From: Podarcis vaucheri
Taxonomy: Eukaryota
Assembly (NCBI GenBank): GCA_965113315.1
Contig: OZ220367.1
DNA length: 64,000 nucleotides
Direction: 5' to 3' (one strand)
Part shown: positions 49,492 through 63,175 of the stretch, piece after piece
Layout: each line of letters starts with the position of its first letter
How positions within the stretch are numbered: position 1 is the stretch's first letter
Made by a program: the position numbers and the translations under genes
Notes under the pieces: generated by a model
Seen by the model: only the letters and a program-made list of their open reading frames with translations
Databases searched by the model: none
What the model was told of the DNA's origin: nothing

Positions 49492-50419
49492 CCTTTTTCT
49501 TTTTTCCCAGTCCATCTTTTAATTTTTTTTAAAAAATTCTGACATTACAGAACTAAACTCAAATGTATTAATTCCACTCTTACATCTCATGACATAACAG
49601 AAAAACTTCATGAGCCAAGAAAGGGGGAGAAGCGTATAAACTAAAATATGAATCAGCATTTTAACAGCTGAACAGAGAAAGGGAATTAAAATGCTGCAAT
49701 TTTTTTTAAAAAAAAACATGAGTAGATGGGTAAAGCATGTAGAACTGAAAATTTACAAACTAGTTAAAACCTGGAATCGCTGACTGCTCAGAAACTACAC
49801 AGATGGACCGTGGGGATGAACAGCAGAAACAGGTAATGAGTGAGGCGGTTGCATTGTCCTAGATGCTTCCCATTCCACCAGTCTCCAAAGAAAGCCTGAT
49901 ATTAATTAGATATTGAGCCAGGCTAATGCTGGCTGCAGATCCAGTTATGGTAACCTGCCTGTCAGTAGATCCTTCCACTGGATTGGCAATTTTGATCTGC
50001 GCCCCAGACATCTGGCGAATCTCATTGATCTTGGCGCCTTGACGCCCAATGATGCATCCAATCAGATCATTTGGAATGGTGAGTTCATGAGAAATAGTTT
50101 GAGCTGATGCATCCAAACCATGGAATCCAGTGTTGCCATGAGACATTGGAAAGTGGGACTGTTGCATTGCCAACTGTTGCAGCTTGGTCAGATCTGGCTG
50201 TGGAATGGCACACTGTCCTTGAATGGTATAGGCCTCTTGAGGTGGTCCCTCCCGGTCAGAGTTGAGGCACACTGATGGGGTGGTGTGGAGGTTACTTGCA
50301 CTGCCGCTGCTGTACCTGTCCTGACCGCCTGCAAAGATGACAGGAGAACTGGATGGCTTGGGTCGGTAGGGGATGGTGACACCCTTTAGGGGAGACTCCA
50401 GCATGACCACACATAACTG
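49492..50419 (-). pseudogene. PCBP2: 5'-truncated processed copy (retrocopy) of PCBP2: linker, KH3 and 3' UTR
   Basis: Intronless frame QLCVVMLESP.KGVTIPYRPKPSSSPVIFAGGQDRY...HELTIPNDLIGCIIGRQGAKINEIRQMSGAQIKIANPVEGSTDRQVTITGSAASISLAQYLIN.RLS.ETGGMGS, stop at 49859. ATTAAA at 49518-49523 (minus), A-rich tail at about 49494-49505. TSD CCTCCCCTCTG(C/G)TTT at 49477-49491 and 50420-50434. Confidence 0.92.
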
Positions 50420-50754
50420 CCTCCCCTCTGGTTTTCTGACCATCTACTGAAACCATGCATAACAATGCCCACTGAACTGTTTCTGGTGCCCCTCTTAGGG
50501 TTTTTCTTTTTTATATATAAAAAAGGAATTCTACAAACTTTGGGTCAAGTCTGCTGGTGCATGGAGGCTGCAGAATGGGGGGTAGCAAGACTGAATTCTC
50601 TTCATTATAAATAAAATAATATTCTCTGAACTAAGTATCAGACAGAAGGCTGCATTAGAATCCTGCTAGTTCCAGCCATTCTATGTACAGGACACAGACA
50701 CCTATCCCTATCCCTGAAGGTGCATGCACTTCTGTAATTCCTACACTTGCAGTC

Positions 50755-51058
50755 TAAAGGGCTGTCACATGGAGGTTGGAGCAAGCTTGTTTTCTCCTGC
50801 TTTGGAGGGTAGGACCCAAACCAATGGATTCAAGTTACAAGGCGATTCCCACTAAACACCCAGGAAGAACTTTCTAATATTAAGAGCTGTTCAACAGTGG
50901 AACAGTCTCCCACGAGAGGTGGTGCACTCTCCTTCACTGGAGGTTTTTAAACAGAGGTTGGATGGCCATCTGTCATGGATGATCTAGTTGAGATTCCTGC
51001 ATTGCGAGGGGTTGGACTACAAGACCCCTGGGGTCCCTTCTAACTCTATGATTCTATG
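50755..51058 (+). mobile_element. CR1 LINE 3' end
   Basis: AGGAAGAACTT.CT....TAAGAGCTGTTCAACAGTGGAAC...GGAGGTTTTTAAACAGAGG; (ATTCTATG)n tail. Confidence 0.88.
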
Positions 51059-54000
51059 ACAAAGTACAGAAGCACCTTGATGAGTCATTTCTATCTGCAG
51101 AATGGAACTAAAAATCACCTTACACCACAGGTCTCATTGTCAGAATAACAAAGAGAATGGTGCGTTTAAAAACTTACATATCACACAAAGCATTAACTGC
51201 ATGAATGATACAGATTGCAACTGGAATGTCCATGCTCTCCAGATTCCTAATTTCTGACTTAAAGAAAAAACATCCTAAAGGTGCTAGATGCAGCCCTTCA
51301 GTATTGTATTAAAGATCTTACCATATGAATCTGAAACAATATTTACAAATGTTACTTATAAATATTTTGAAACTACAGTTATCTTCCCTAAAGAACAATT
51401 TGGTAAACATTCTGCTGATTTGTACTCACCCTTTCTTTCTGCTCACGTGGGCTTTATTTCCAAGCCTATTCAATATAATGTTTTCCAAGCAGGGACCATG
51501 TGAATTGTTCATATAAATAGAGCAAATTAAACTGTCTCCACATATATCCTATCACATTTGTAGCCCTGATTTCTCTCCTTAACACGTGGCCAAGACAGCG
51601 TATTATCTCCCTGCAGAGGTTGACCTCAGGATATTAGATTCTGCCACACAGCTCTCTTGTACTAAACTGAGGGGAAACACTTAATCACCCCTGCCTTTTC
51701 AGGGAAAAATCAACTTTAAATTTGCCATGATGAAAAATCAATAAAGCAGTAATTGCTTGGCTTATCATTGTGTGGAGGAACAAATTGGGAAGCGAAGCTT
51801 AGCGTCCACACAGATTTCAGTGAAACACATGGAGTTTCAGGATCACTAAGCTAGAAAAGGGAAAGGTCTCAGAGCGATAATTAAATCTACTCATGCTGAT
51901 TTTCTGCCAAATTTATTTCCCAAGTGTATATAAAATGTTTCACTGCTTACTAGCTAGGCATAACTAATCAATTCAACACTGGGCCAACACACATGAGAAA
52001 CAAAAATGCAAATTCAAGAATGAAGGCATCAGGATAACATATTCATTTAGCATTAGTCAATATTATTTCTTGAATTCAAAGAAACGAGTCCTTATTTCAC
52101 TCTACCCCTTTGATATTTAAGATCACTTTTACAAATGTCTTTTCCCTATAATCCCCTCTAAATTTTTTACACACTGATTCATTCCCGGTACCAAAATAGT
52201 GTTATCACTGTCAGATATTTTAATCATCTTTCACTTCACATTTTTCAAATTGTATGTTTTCATGAGCAGCTCCATTTTAATAAATCAAGAAAACTTTTAA
52301 TTGTATTATGCATGATATATTAAAGTCAACCGTTTAAGCACCTCATAGCAGTAATCCAACATGCCTGGTTTTAATATGGAAAAGTACCACTTTCTTCTTC
52401 AGCAGTATTTATATTGCACCTTATCACAGTGCTCTTGTGGCCACATATTTAATTTACTTTGAGTTTGACTAGCCAGGCCTAGAATTTAAAGAAAATCAGG
52501 TCTGCCAATAAAGCTGTCATAAATCCTGATGCCATCATAAATAAAATTTAAATGCTGTTTTCAGTTAGTCCCAAATTAAAACACCCTCTGCCATTGAAAA
52601 CATTCTTGTAAAAGTGGTGTATTTTTATTAATAGACCTAATTTTATGCAGAAAATTAGCATAGCTCCAATGGAAGTGCAATTTGGCTCTGTCAAATTCAA
52701 ATTAGATGGGGGAAATCTCTCACACCTCCCCTACTCTGCTATAAAAATTATTTTTGTGAGGGAGTCCTTCAACTGGTTATAGGGACTGTGATAATTAAAA
52801 CATTTAAAGTAGCACAAGCCCCCTTGTCTCTAATCTGTAGCTCAGGTCAGCTGTCTGTAAATTCTAATTTGTCCTCCATTTGTATTCATGACAGGAAAAT
52901 GCCGCATATGTAACAGCAAACCAGCAGGAGGCTGTAGTGGTGGGCTTGGAGGTCAAATAATTTGATTTCTGAGCAGATTACATGTAACATCCAACATCTA
53001 ATCTCACACCTGATTTGGCAATAAAATTATAATAAAAGTAATGTTAAGACACCATTACTAAGGGGCAGATAAAAGAACAACCTTTCTTCATGTGCTGGAA
53101 AACAATATGCTTCTTTATACCACATGTTTTCCTTAGCAAAGCAGTCCATTTCCAGAATCCTGCTACTTTCCAAAGTGCTCCTTTAAGACTTGAGAGAGGG
53201 GCAGGGCAATTTCTTGCATTTATTTTAAATACAAGGCAAAGCATGGGGAATAAAAGCTAAGCATCCAATGAATCGGTAATTTCAATTACAAATCAATATT
53301 TATTTTCGACTAATAGTTTTTGCTGGCTGCAGAGAATTTATAAACTATATGAAGTTGTATCCAATGTTAGTTCTACACAGAGTAAGCCCATTAAAAATTA
53401 TGCACATGACTAACTTAAATCCATAAATTTCACTGGGTCTACTCTGTGTATAACTTAGTTGGATACACCCTGTATTCAGATAAAATATGTCTAATGTGTG
53501 TGTGTGGGGGGGTGTTTCAACAAAAGTTAAGAATAGTAAGACAACAATTATTCCTCATATTTCCTTCGGATATTAACTTTCATACATCTAGCTTTGCCGA
53601 AAGCACCTATAAGAATTTTGTGGTTATCTGGTTTACTTCCCAATTAAATGATTTTCTAACATGCTAATTCCTTGAAATCATTTCAAAAGGTATTTTGGCC
53701 TCAATCTGGATTTCATTTCAGATTATTTTTCAAGCAAATTACATCAGCATAATTCTTAATACTGACAGTATCTGTTACTGAACCAGTGGCAGAATTTGTT
53801 ACAAAATTCAATCTTCAAACGGGGACATATTTTCAAAAATACAGGAAACTATTGTTTCCCCTACTGGTCAAAGTTCACACTGTAAGCTCTTTGGGGCAAA
53901 TTACTTTTTAAAGAACTATGGCAGCCTTCTTTAACTTCTAGATATTCTGTCTTCTAGATATTCTGGACTACAATTCTCATGGTTGTGCTGACTGAGGTTG

Positions 54001-54762
54001 AGGCTGATTGGCAGTTGTAGTCCAAAATATCTGCAAAACACTAGGAAAAGGCTGCACCATGGGAAACACTTGGGAAAGGCTGCACTATGTACATTGATGA
54101 CTATGTACGTTTACTGGCAATGCCAGGTATTGTCTTATTTCCTGCCCCACATAAATGACTGCAAAATCCTGACACACCTTTTACTTTCCTTGCTGGAAGG
54201 ACTTCCCCTCATTGACATTCAACTCCCTCTTGCAAGATCCCTTTAGAGATGCCATACTCCCTCAAAATTGCCCTCAGTTTTACATACTGTTCATTTTAAT
54301 TTCTATCTGCTTTGCTAATCTTTGCTGGCTCTGTTGGATAGCTCAGAGACAGAACCTTTCAGCAGTGTATAGTTCTATTGGTCACTTCCACCCAACCAAC
54401 TTTCTGGGGGCTCTAAGGCTGGTGCTAAATTGTGGTCATCAGGTTTGGTGGTGGGGTGTATGTGTCTATTTCCTTTTAATTCAGTTCAGGATATGAGTGA
54501 AATATGCTTGGACTCTGAAGTGGTGACAGTAGGACCAATATAACTTGTGCCTTCCCCCAGATTTCTTTACATGCTGGATGACACTGGACACTGTGATGGA
54601 GCCATCACTTCAAGATAAGGATGTAAGAACCTGCCAGATCAGACCACTGGCCCATCTGGTCCACCATCTTGTTCTTACAGTGACTGATCAGATGACTATC
54701 CCTAGATCAACAGCAGGACCTAAGCACAACACTACCCATTTGTGTGTCCTAGTAGGAGTGGC

Positions 54763-55196
54763 CGCCGAGACCATATAACACTGGTCCTGAAAGACCTTCA
54801 TTGGCTCCCAGTACATTTCTGAGCACAATTCAAAATGTTGGTGCTGACCTTTAAAGCCCTAAAGGGCCTTAGCCCAGTATACCTGAAGGAGCGTCTCCAC
54901 CCCTATCATTCAGCCTGGACACTGAGGTCCAGCTCCGAGGGCCTTCTGGTGGTTCCCTCACTGTGAGAAGTGAGGTTACAGGGAACCAGGCAGTGGTGCC
55001 CGCCCTGTGGAACACCCTCCCATCAGGTGTCAAGGAAATAAACAACTACCTGACTTTTAGAAGACATCTGAAGGCAGCCCTGTTTAGGGAAGTTTTTAAT
55101 GTTTAATGCTATATTGTGTTTTTAATATTCTGTTGGGAGCCGCCCAGAATGGCTGGGGAAACCCAGCCAGATGGGCGGGGTATAAATAATAATAAC

Positions 55197-55230
<34 letters not shown>
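54763..55230 (+). mobile_element. L2 LINE 3' fragment with (ATT)n tail
   Basis: Reverse-complement homolog of 18030-18500. Confidence 0.88.
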
Positions 55231-55231
<1 letters not shown>

Positions 55232-58200
55232 CACTTCTGACAGTGGTATAGAAAAAATAGTTATCATGGCTAGTAGCCTTTGATATGTCTTATCTTCCAA
55301 TAACTTGTCTAGCTCTCTTTTAAAGTTACTCAGGGTGATGACCATCACTACTGGTTGTGGAAGTGAATTCCATATTTTAATCAGGTGCTGTGTGAAGAAG
55401 CACTATGTGTTGTCTGTCCTGAATCTTCCAATGTTCAGCATCACTGGATGCCCTTCATAGGAAGCAATTAATAAATGAACTACTACTAAATCGTTTCTCC
55501 CCAAGAATTTAGTTAGTATCGTTATGGTTCGCAACTGGAGTTTCATTTACTCTCAGAATCAATTGTAAACCCAGAACAATACGGGAAATGAATAAATCTC
55601 TGTGCAACCAGTATATAGCTCTTGAATAGATTATGGACTGCATATCACACAATATCTTTACTGAACTACAAATGGGGAAGGAGTATTTTGGACTTTTACG
55701 TAGTTTGGCTTGAAATATAGCCTTAATTTGATAGACATTTTTTGAAAGCCAGATAGCACAACACTTCTGATTAACTTTGGAATAAAGAATATAAACTTGT
55801 AGCTGGGAGTAAAACTGCATGTATCTTGACGTGGGAGCTCTGTGATAATCTTTATAAAAACTTAAAAGCAGCCTCAGAACAGCAGTGCCTTGGGAGGTAT
55901 TTAACCCTTCTCTCCTACATCATTTTCTCTGGTTGAAATTTCCCACCCTCAAAAAAGAAAGAAAGAAAAAGAAACCCGACAACAGATTTGCTGTGGGGGA
56001 GGCACAGTAGGAAACCTGTCTTATCTCTCCTGTGGATTAATAGCCACTGGGCAGGGTGTGGTGGTGGAGAGAGATGGAAAATGAATGAATGAATGGCACA
56101 ACAGGAAGCAGGCTCTCCCTCACCTGCTGCCCAAGCTCCTTCCCTCTCCCCTGGCTGATGTGTGCACAATTCTCCCACATCATCTGTGCTTTGCTCCTAG
56201 GACAGAATGGATTGGGAGGAGTTTTGGGCCCTAGCTTCTGTTTTCAAGTTGACCAGGCTCTGGCATCATAAAGATTCCACAAAGGCAAACAAATCACTTT
56301 CACGTTGAACAAGTTGCCCTGGGATCTTAATACACTCCTGATGTAACTTCTTACATGAAAGCTCCCAGACTTGAAAGTGCTTAATCACCTGCTGAGTACT
56401 ATTGAGATGACAGACTAAGTTAGAGGAAGCTACATTCCACTTTGAAGATAGGATGTCCATGAAGCACAGTTGAGTTATCCAGTTTTACTTTCACACAATG
56501 CCCTTTTAAATACTTTCCAATTTAAGCTTTAAGTCAAAGTAAAACTACAAAAACCTACCCAGATGCCTTAAAAGCATGCTAGGGTCTCAAGGCAGGGGAA
56601 ATGCAGGTAACTCTTGTTCTCGGTTATTACTGCTTCAAGAGTAGAGGTACTGGCCTAGAGGTGGCAATAACTTTAGCAGTTTTATCTTTTGTCACAATGG
56701 ACATTGCTAAATGTGAGAAGCCTATATGTCTATTATAATACATGCACACAGTGTATCTGGATAACTTAATTAGAAAATTAACATAAAAGAAAAGATTTTC
56801 TTCAGATGTAATGAGTGCCCAGTGTGCTTTGAAGTTAAAGGGAATAAAGCTTCAACCATTTTTGAATAGATCATTAAACTGAAAAGTTTATGAAATTTGA
56901 ACATCTATAATCACCTCTGCTTCAGTTACTGAGAAGCAATAAAATTATTAGCTTAAAATCTATGAGGCTAATTATGTTTTAGATTTTCAGTTTTGCATTG
57001 CACATCAGGAAAGTTCAGTATATTGTGTCAATCAATTGCCTGTATATTAGGCATCTAGTTAGAGAAGTTCTCCATCATCCAATTTAACTATGCACACCAA
57101 ATGCTGATATTTAGAGACCAGGAAGACTTGGAGACAAGATAGTCTGGCCTTTGGGATTACTATAGGCAGAAGGGGGATAAGCTCTCTCAATATGTCTGCT
57201 TTTGTCGGAATAAAAATTACATATCCCAATTCACTGACCTCAAGTTTTCAGGTTGTATTAAACCAGTGTTTCATACAGGAAGTATTTTAAAGCTTGCGAA
57301 CATGTTTCTAGCACAAAACTTGTGGGGATCTCAAAAAGACTAACTGGAGGAAACAGAAGGCTACCAATGAATCAACCTACCAATGTTACAACCTAGGGTC
57401 ACTCCATAAAAACATTTTTCTATGTAATGAAGGCATGATTGGTAATTTTTCTTCAAGTTAAGTCTTCAGTTGCAGGGGTACCTTCTGAATGTTGAAAGCT
57501 CAACATTTTAACCTAAAATGCTATCCCCCCTCCCAATAGTGCAGCTGCTACTAGGATGAGTAGAATGTAATCTTATGAACATCCATGGACATCTATTGAA
57601 TATTGTATGGGATCTGCCTGCTGATGAGCAATTCAACTCCATTCCACACCATTTTGTTAGTGCTTCTCTCCGTATCAATCCATCAGAGAAACACTTGTCT
57701 ACTATTTTTAAAATGCAATACACCAAAAGGCTAATCCTCTCCCCTAGATATCAGAGTTCTCCGTCTCAGGTGCTTGAACATGAAAGTATTTTTTTTTTGT
57801 AGGAAACTGAGGTGAACAGCAGTATCTATAGCTACTAGTAGGAAACATACATGTGCACCCACTTGTAAATGAAGCTTCAGTTCTTCAAGAATAGATAATT
57901 ATTACTGGCTGATTTTGGACTAACCTCTTCCCACAAAACTAAATGTTATGAAGTAATAAAATTCACACAATCCAACATTGTGTCCCATGTTCAACTTTAC
58001 CTACTCTGTGCAGAAAAGCTGATCTACTTAATAGGTATGTCCTATGTTTTCTCTGGTGTAAAAATGTCTTATTTTCTACTAATCTGGAACTACTACTTGA
58101 TTCTAATAATAAACTATGTGTTTTGAGCTATGCATACACAACAGTTCAGTTTTAAGGATATTTTGGAAGTACCTTAACCATTCAGGGGAATAATTTGAGA

Positions 58201-58382
58201 GATACAAAGTACAAATGTCTCTCTTTCAGACTTGTCTAGTTATTAGGGTCCTATTGCTCTGTATATGCCAAATAACTGACTTGTTTTGGGTTGTACATAT
58301 ACCAGGGCTTGCGTATGTATCTGTATCTATCTCTCTATAAAAACAGTACTTTTAGTTCATCTAAATTTAATAGCTGAATTAC

Positions 58383-58451
58383 CTTCTTCCTTTTTCTTCT
58401 TTGCTTCTTCTTCACTTCTTTCTTTAGCTTTTAATGCTTCATCAGCTTTTG
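58383..58451 (-). CDS. RSRC1: RSRC1 (SRrp53) internal coding exon, 69 nt
   Basis: tttttag|CAAAAGCTGAT...GAAGAAG|gtaatt encodes (A)[22 protein letters not shown](D), matching RSRC1 [24 protein letters not shown]; phase 1-1. Confidence 0.93.
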
Positions 58452-58945
58452 CTAAAAATAAATAAAATGCTGATTAGTTGTTCAGTAATTAACATTTTTG
58501 ATAAAACAACTTCTTATGAGGGATGGTCAGAAAGACACTTCTTGTGTCCGATGGAAAATGCAATTTACTGTGGACACAATAAGGGATTGTCTCAAGTCCC
58601 AACTTGTCCCTGTATAAAATACATACATGGTGCTCAAAGAAGAAACCATTAGAGCAGCTGAACATTTTCCTTAGACTATCTTTGAGGTATGTGGATGCTT
58701 TGAAGTATCCCACCACACATTTTCTTCCCAATACCTTTCCACTAGATAATAGACTGAAGCACTCATGGGCTCTATGTCTCCAGTGTTTGGGCTCCATAAG
58801 CAAAGCATGCCATACCCTGGTGCCCCCTTTGCAACTGGTCTGCTGGATGAAGAAACCTTGTACTGCTTCCTGTTTCCTTCTGTAGACATAACAGAGTTTC
58901 ACTTGATGGATCAGGGCCTCTACATATATTTTTCTTCAGTGCAAG

Positions 58946-59375
58946 TCATAGAATCATAGAGTTGGAAGAGACCACAAGGGCCATCGAGTCCAACCCCCTG
59001 CCAAGCAGGAAACACCTTCAGAGCACTCCTGACATATGGTTGTCAAGCCTCTGCTTAAAGACCTCCAAAGTAGGAGACTCCACCACACTCCTTGGCAGCA
59101 AATTCCACTGTTGAACAGCTCTTACTGTCAGGAAGTTCTTCCTAATGTTTAGGTGGAATCTTCTTTCTTGTAGTTTGGATCCATTGATCCGTGTCTGCTT
59201 CTCTGGAGCAGCAGAAAACAACCTTTCTCCCTCCTCTATGTGACATCCTTTTATATATTTGAACATGGCTATCATATCACCCCTTAAGCTCCTCTTCTCC
59301 AGGCTAAACATGCCCAGCTCCCTTAGCCATTCCTCATAAGGCATCGTTTCCAGGCCTCTGACCATTTTGGTTGCC
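58946..59375 (-). mobile_element. CR1 LINE 3' end
   Basis: ORF ATKMVRGLE..PYEE.LRELGMFSLEKR.LRGDMIAMFKY...RKNFLTVRAVQQWN.LP; (CATAGAAT)n tail. Confidence 0.92.
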
Positions 59376-60112
59376 CAAAATGTCATAGCAGCAGCATTTA
59401 ATTCATGTTATTACAGCATCTTCTAAGAAGAGTCTCCTTTCCTTTAGAAACAGCTTCCCTTATTACTTAATTATCTACAAGTTGCTCAACTGCAGGGGTT
59501 TTAAACACTTTACTACAGATGTTAAAGAAGATTAAAAATATACAGCACAGTAACAAGGGACTATCAATATACTCTGTAAATTAATTAAATTTCTGTTCTA
59601 GCACATCATTTATTCCAAAGCGTTAATGTCTCAAAGGGGCCATTCTCTTTTATTGCCATCTCACTGCCTGATGAGTGAACTTGGAATAAGTCTCTAATAG
59701 CATTATAGTTGATGAAATATTAAGTTTTTAAAAGTACTGCCATGTCGAAAGATGAAGAACCAAAACGTGGGTAGTTAGACTTTAGACCAGCCCTTAATAT
59801 GTAATAAATCCATTATATGCCTAGTATACCGGCTGTTTTGCTCTACGTTAGTTTGCTGCACCAATACATTAGTTATATGAATATTCAATTGACATAGTGA
59901 GTATGAAGTACATGAATGACACATGACCACAACTTTCAAAGTCTAATGTCTCTTTGTATTTAGTAGCTACACCTTCTTGAAATATACAATTTAAATACTG
60001 ATGCTCTGAAATGATAGAAGCAATTACAGAGACATCTGTTTCCATTTCCAAGCTTTTAGACACACTTAGGCTACATTTAAAGTCATGAAATATTAAAACT
60101 TTTCTGCCAGCA

Positions 60113-60332
60113 NNNNNNNNNNNNNNNNNNNNNNNNNNNNNNNNNNNNNNNNNNNNNNNNNNNNNNNNNNNNNNNNNNNNNNNNNNNNNNNNNNNNNNNN
60201 NNNNNNNNNNNNNNNNNNNNNNNNNNNNNNNNNNNNNNNNNNNNNNNNNNNNNNNNNNNNNNNNNNNNNNNNNNNNNNNNNNNNNNNNNNNNNNNNNNNN
60301 NNNNNNNNNNNNNNNNNNNNNNNNNNNNNNNN
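60113..60332. other. Assembly gap (N run)
   Basis: Run of N. Confidence 1.
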
Positions 60333-61879
60333 CACATTCCACTCCTTACAACCATCTTCAATATGTATTAGCAAAGCTCATTAGACTGAAATTTAATAAT
60401 GCAAACATTAGGTGGGTCTCAAGATCCTCCATTATCAACACAAGATGGATTGCTTATATATAGCTCTTAGGCTAACCAGGCAAAATTTAGATTCAATAAA
60501 CTACGAGGCTTAAATTTGATTTATTTATTTCTCTATGCCAGTTTGTTCTTCATAACTGATTTGTTCCCTGCATAGGAACAGTTCATCATATTTTTGAAAG
60601 ATAGCAAAATTATAAGTTTAAAAGAGAGAATGTTATCTCATAGTTAGGCATGTGTTTCTGTGTAACCTATACTTCGTTAATTTTCTTGACTTCTATGTAC
60701 CAGTAGGAATTTTTAAGGTATTTTAAAGGAGATGCTTATTTTCCTTTCTTGGCCCATTATTTGAGCATGGTAGCAAATGCATAACATCCTAAAATGTTTT
60801 AATATGGCCCATAAATGGAGATGCTCAGCCTAGCCCACTTAGAAGAATATTCCAGCGAAACAACTGCTTCCAAGTGAATGTGCTGAGGAATTACACATAA
60901 TCTATTTTGAGAAGTTTAAGATGTCACAGTTTAAAATCAGGAGAATAAACATTTTTGTTTTTCTTTCAGTGCAATACTGGAAAAATACTGTGTGCATGCA
61001 AAACTTCTAAACCAAATATTCCTGTGTTGAATTCATAAAACAGTTATTTGGAATTCAAAAGAGCAAACTGTTCCTGAAATCTATTATCCTTGCACTACTG
61101 TGTTCCATGAGACTGCTAAATCAGGGCATGTCTGCATTGCTGCTTTCTGTATGTTTCTCATTAGCTATCATCCAGAAGGATAGGCATATTTTTTCCATCT
61201 CAAGGATTATCAACAGGGTAAGGAGACAAGTTTTAGAAATTCCACACCAACATTTTGAAGATAATTAAAGGGCCACTGAACAACCAGCACTAGCCTTCAA
61301 AACCTACACCTTAAAGAGGAAGTTGGTTGTCCATATAACATACAACTAATCAACTGTAAAACCGTATGGGGATGTGCCTTTTGTTTCAGGTTATGATAAG
61401 CTAATTTTGTCTCATGTGGCCTGTGTTCTCAGCAAATCACTCCTCCACAATGACATGTGACTATCCAGCCACATATCAGCAACTGAGGAGTGATGTGCTA
61501 ACAGCCTGTAGCAGGTATGAGCAGACTCCAGGATGGCTTTTGTTTTTGTTTTAACTAGAACCACAAAACCTACCAACCAGAGTCTGGTGCAAAATACAAG
61601 GGTTTTGATTACCAGAACTGAACTAAAGGCCTTAATTCTCTCAAAAAACAAAAACAAAAAACAAAAAAACCCCACTCCAATTTATCCTGCTCCCATTCCA
61701 CACACAACTTTATTCAATTCAGCAGCCTACTTTGCTATTGCCATTGTTAGAAATCCTTGCTGATACTTCAGATCACCCAAAGATCTAGTGGTGAATCCTG
61801 ATCTACTTTTTGCCCACCTGGGGTCTAGAGCTTCTCAATAAAAGTCATGGTTACTTTTGTGTTTTTGAATTACAGGATA

Positions 61880-62204
61880 CAGTGGTGCCCCGCAAGACGA
61901 ATACCTCGCAAGACGGAAAACTCGCTAGACGAAAGAGTTTTCCGTTTTGGAGGTGCTTCGCAAAACGAATCTCCTATGGGCTTGCTTCGCAAGACGAAAA
62001 TGTCTTGCGAGTTCCTGCGGGTTTTCCCCCCTCCCCCCTTTTTCTAAGCCGCTAAGCCACTTATCAGCTGATCCGATAAGCCGATAAAAGCCGCTAATAG
62101 CTCTAATCCGCTAATCCGTCAATGGGCTTGCTTCGCAAGACGAAAAAACCGCTAGACGAAGAGAATCACAGAAGGGATTCTTTTCATCTTGCGAGGCACC
62201 ACTG
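61880..62204. mobile_element. Tigger-type MITE
   Basis: TA|CAGTGGTGCCCCGCAAGACGAA ... TCTTGCGAGGCACCACTG|TA. Confidence 0.9.
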
Positions 62205-62811
62205 TATTTGAGAACAGTCATAACAACAACCAAAAACACATTTCAATTCATTTCATCTTTTTCTGACCTGTAACACTTTAATGACGTAAGATTTTTACTG
62301 GTTATAGATGGCATCCAATTGCTGTCCTTCTACAATTTAAATGCATCTGCCAGCAGTACAGGGATTGAGTCAATTTCTCCCCATAGCTAAATACCTCAAA
62401 ACATGGCCCATCTGCTCCAGAGGGTACTCCAATCATCTAGAGCAAATTGGGAGGATTGGGGGGGGGGAATTGCAGAAAATGGCCTCTCCTCCCATTTCAC
62501 CAACAGATGTCTTCCATCACCAGAAGGACACCAGTTGGGTGTCACTGTCAGAAAAACGATCAAGTATTGCAGGTCAGGCAATTGAAATGGTCCTCATTGC
62601 CACCCAGATCAGCCCAGCTGGATATATTTTAAAAGCCCTTAAGAAGATATGAACATTATCATACAAAAATATTATCTCACCCTAACCAACTTTCTAAAAG
62701 TATAATGAAGCATAAGACAATGTACTCTAACATCCATAAATAGGCTAAATCCCACCAAAACAGTTGCCTAACACTTGCTAAGCAGTGTGAATCAAGTTCA
62801 GCTGGCCTTAA

Positions 62812-63175
62812 AAGGTAAAGGTAAAGCTACCCCTGCCCATACGGGCCAGTCGTGTCCGACTCTAGAGTTGTGCGCCCATCTCACTTAAGAGGCCAGGGGC
62901 CAGCGCTGTCCGGAGACACTTCCGGGTCACGTGGCCAGCGTGACAAAGCTGCATCTGGCGAGCCAGCGTAGCACACGGAAACGCCGTTTACCTTCCCACC
63001 AGTAAGCGGTCCCTATTTATCTACTTGCACCCAGGGGTGCTTTCGAACTGCTAGGTTGGCAGGCGCTGGGACCGAGCAACGGGAGCGCACCCTGCCGCGG
63101 GGATTCGAACCGCCGACCTTTTGATCGGCAAGTCCTAGGTGCTGAGGCTTTTACCCACAGCGCCACCCACGTCCC
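62812..63175 (-). mobile_element. Full-length Sauria SINE with 15-bp TSD
   Basis: Perfect TSD TTCAGCTGGCCTTAA at 62797-62811 and 63176-63190; CpG-rich, so probably young. Confidence 0.92.

Noticed and set aside
50420-50460. Splicing of the RSRC1 69-nt exon into the PCBP2 retrocopy to give a chimeric protein
   Set aside because: The AGs just before the ATG give the wrong frame, and the one in-frame AG I examined near the 5' junction has no polypyrimidine tract.
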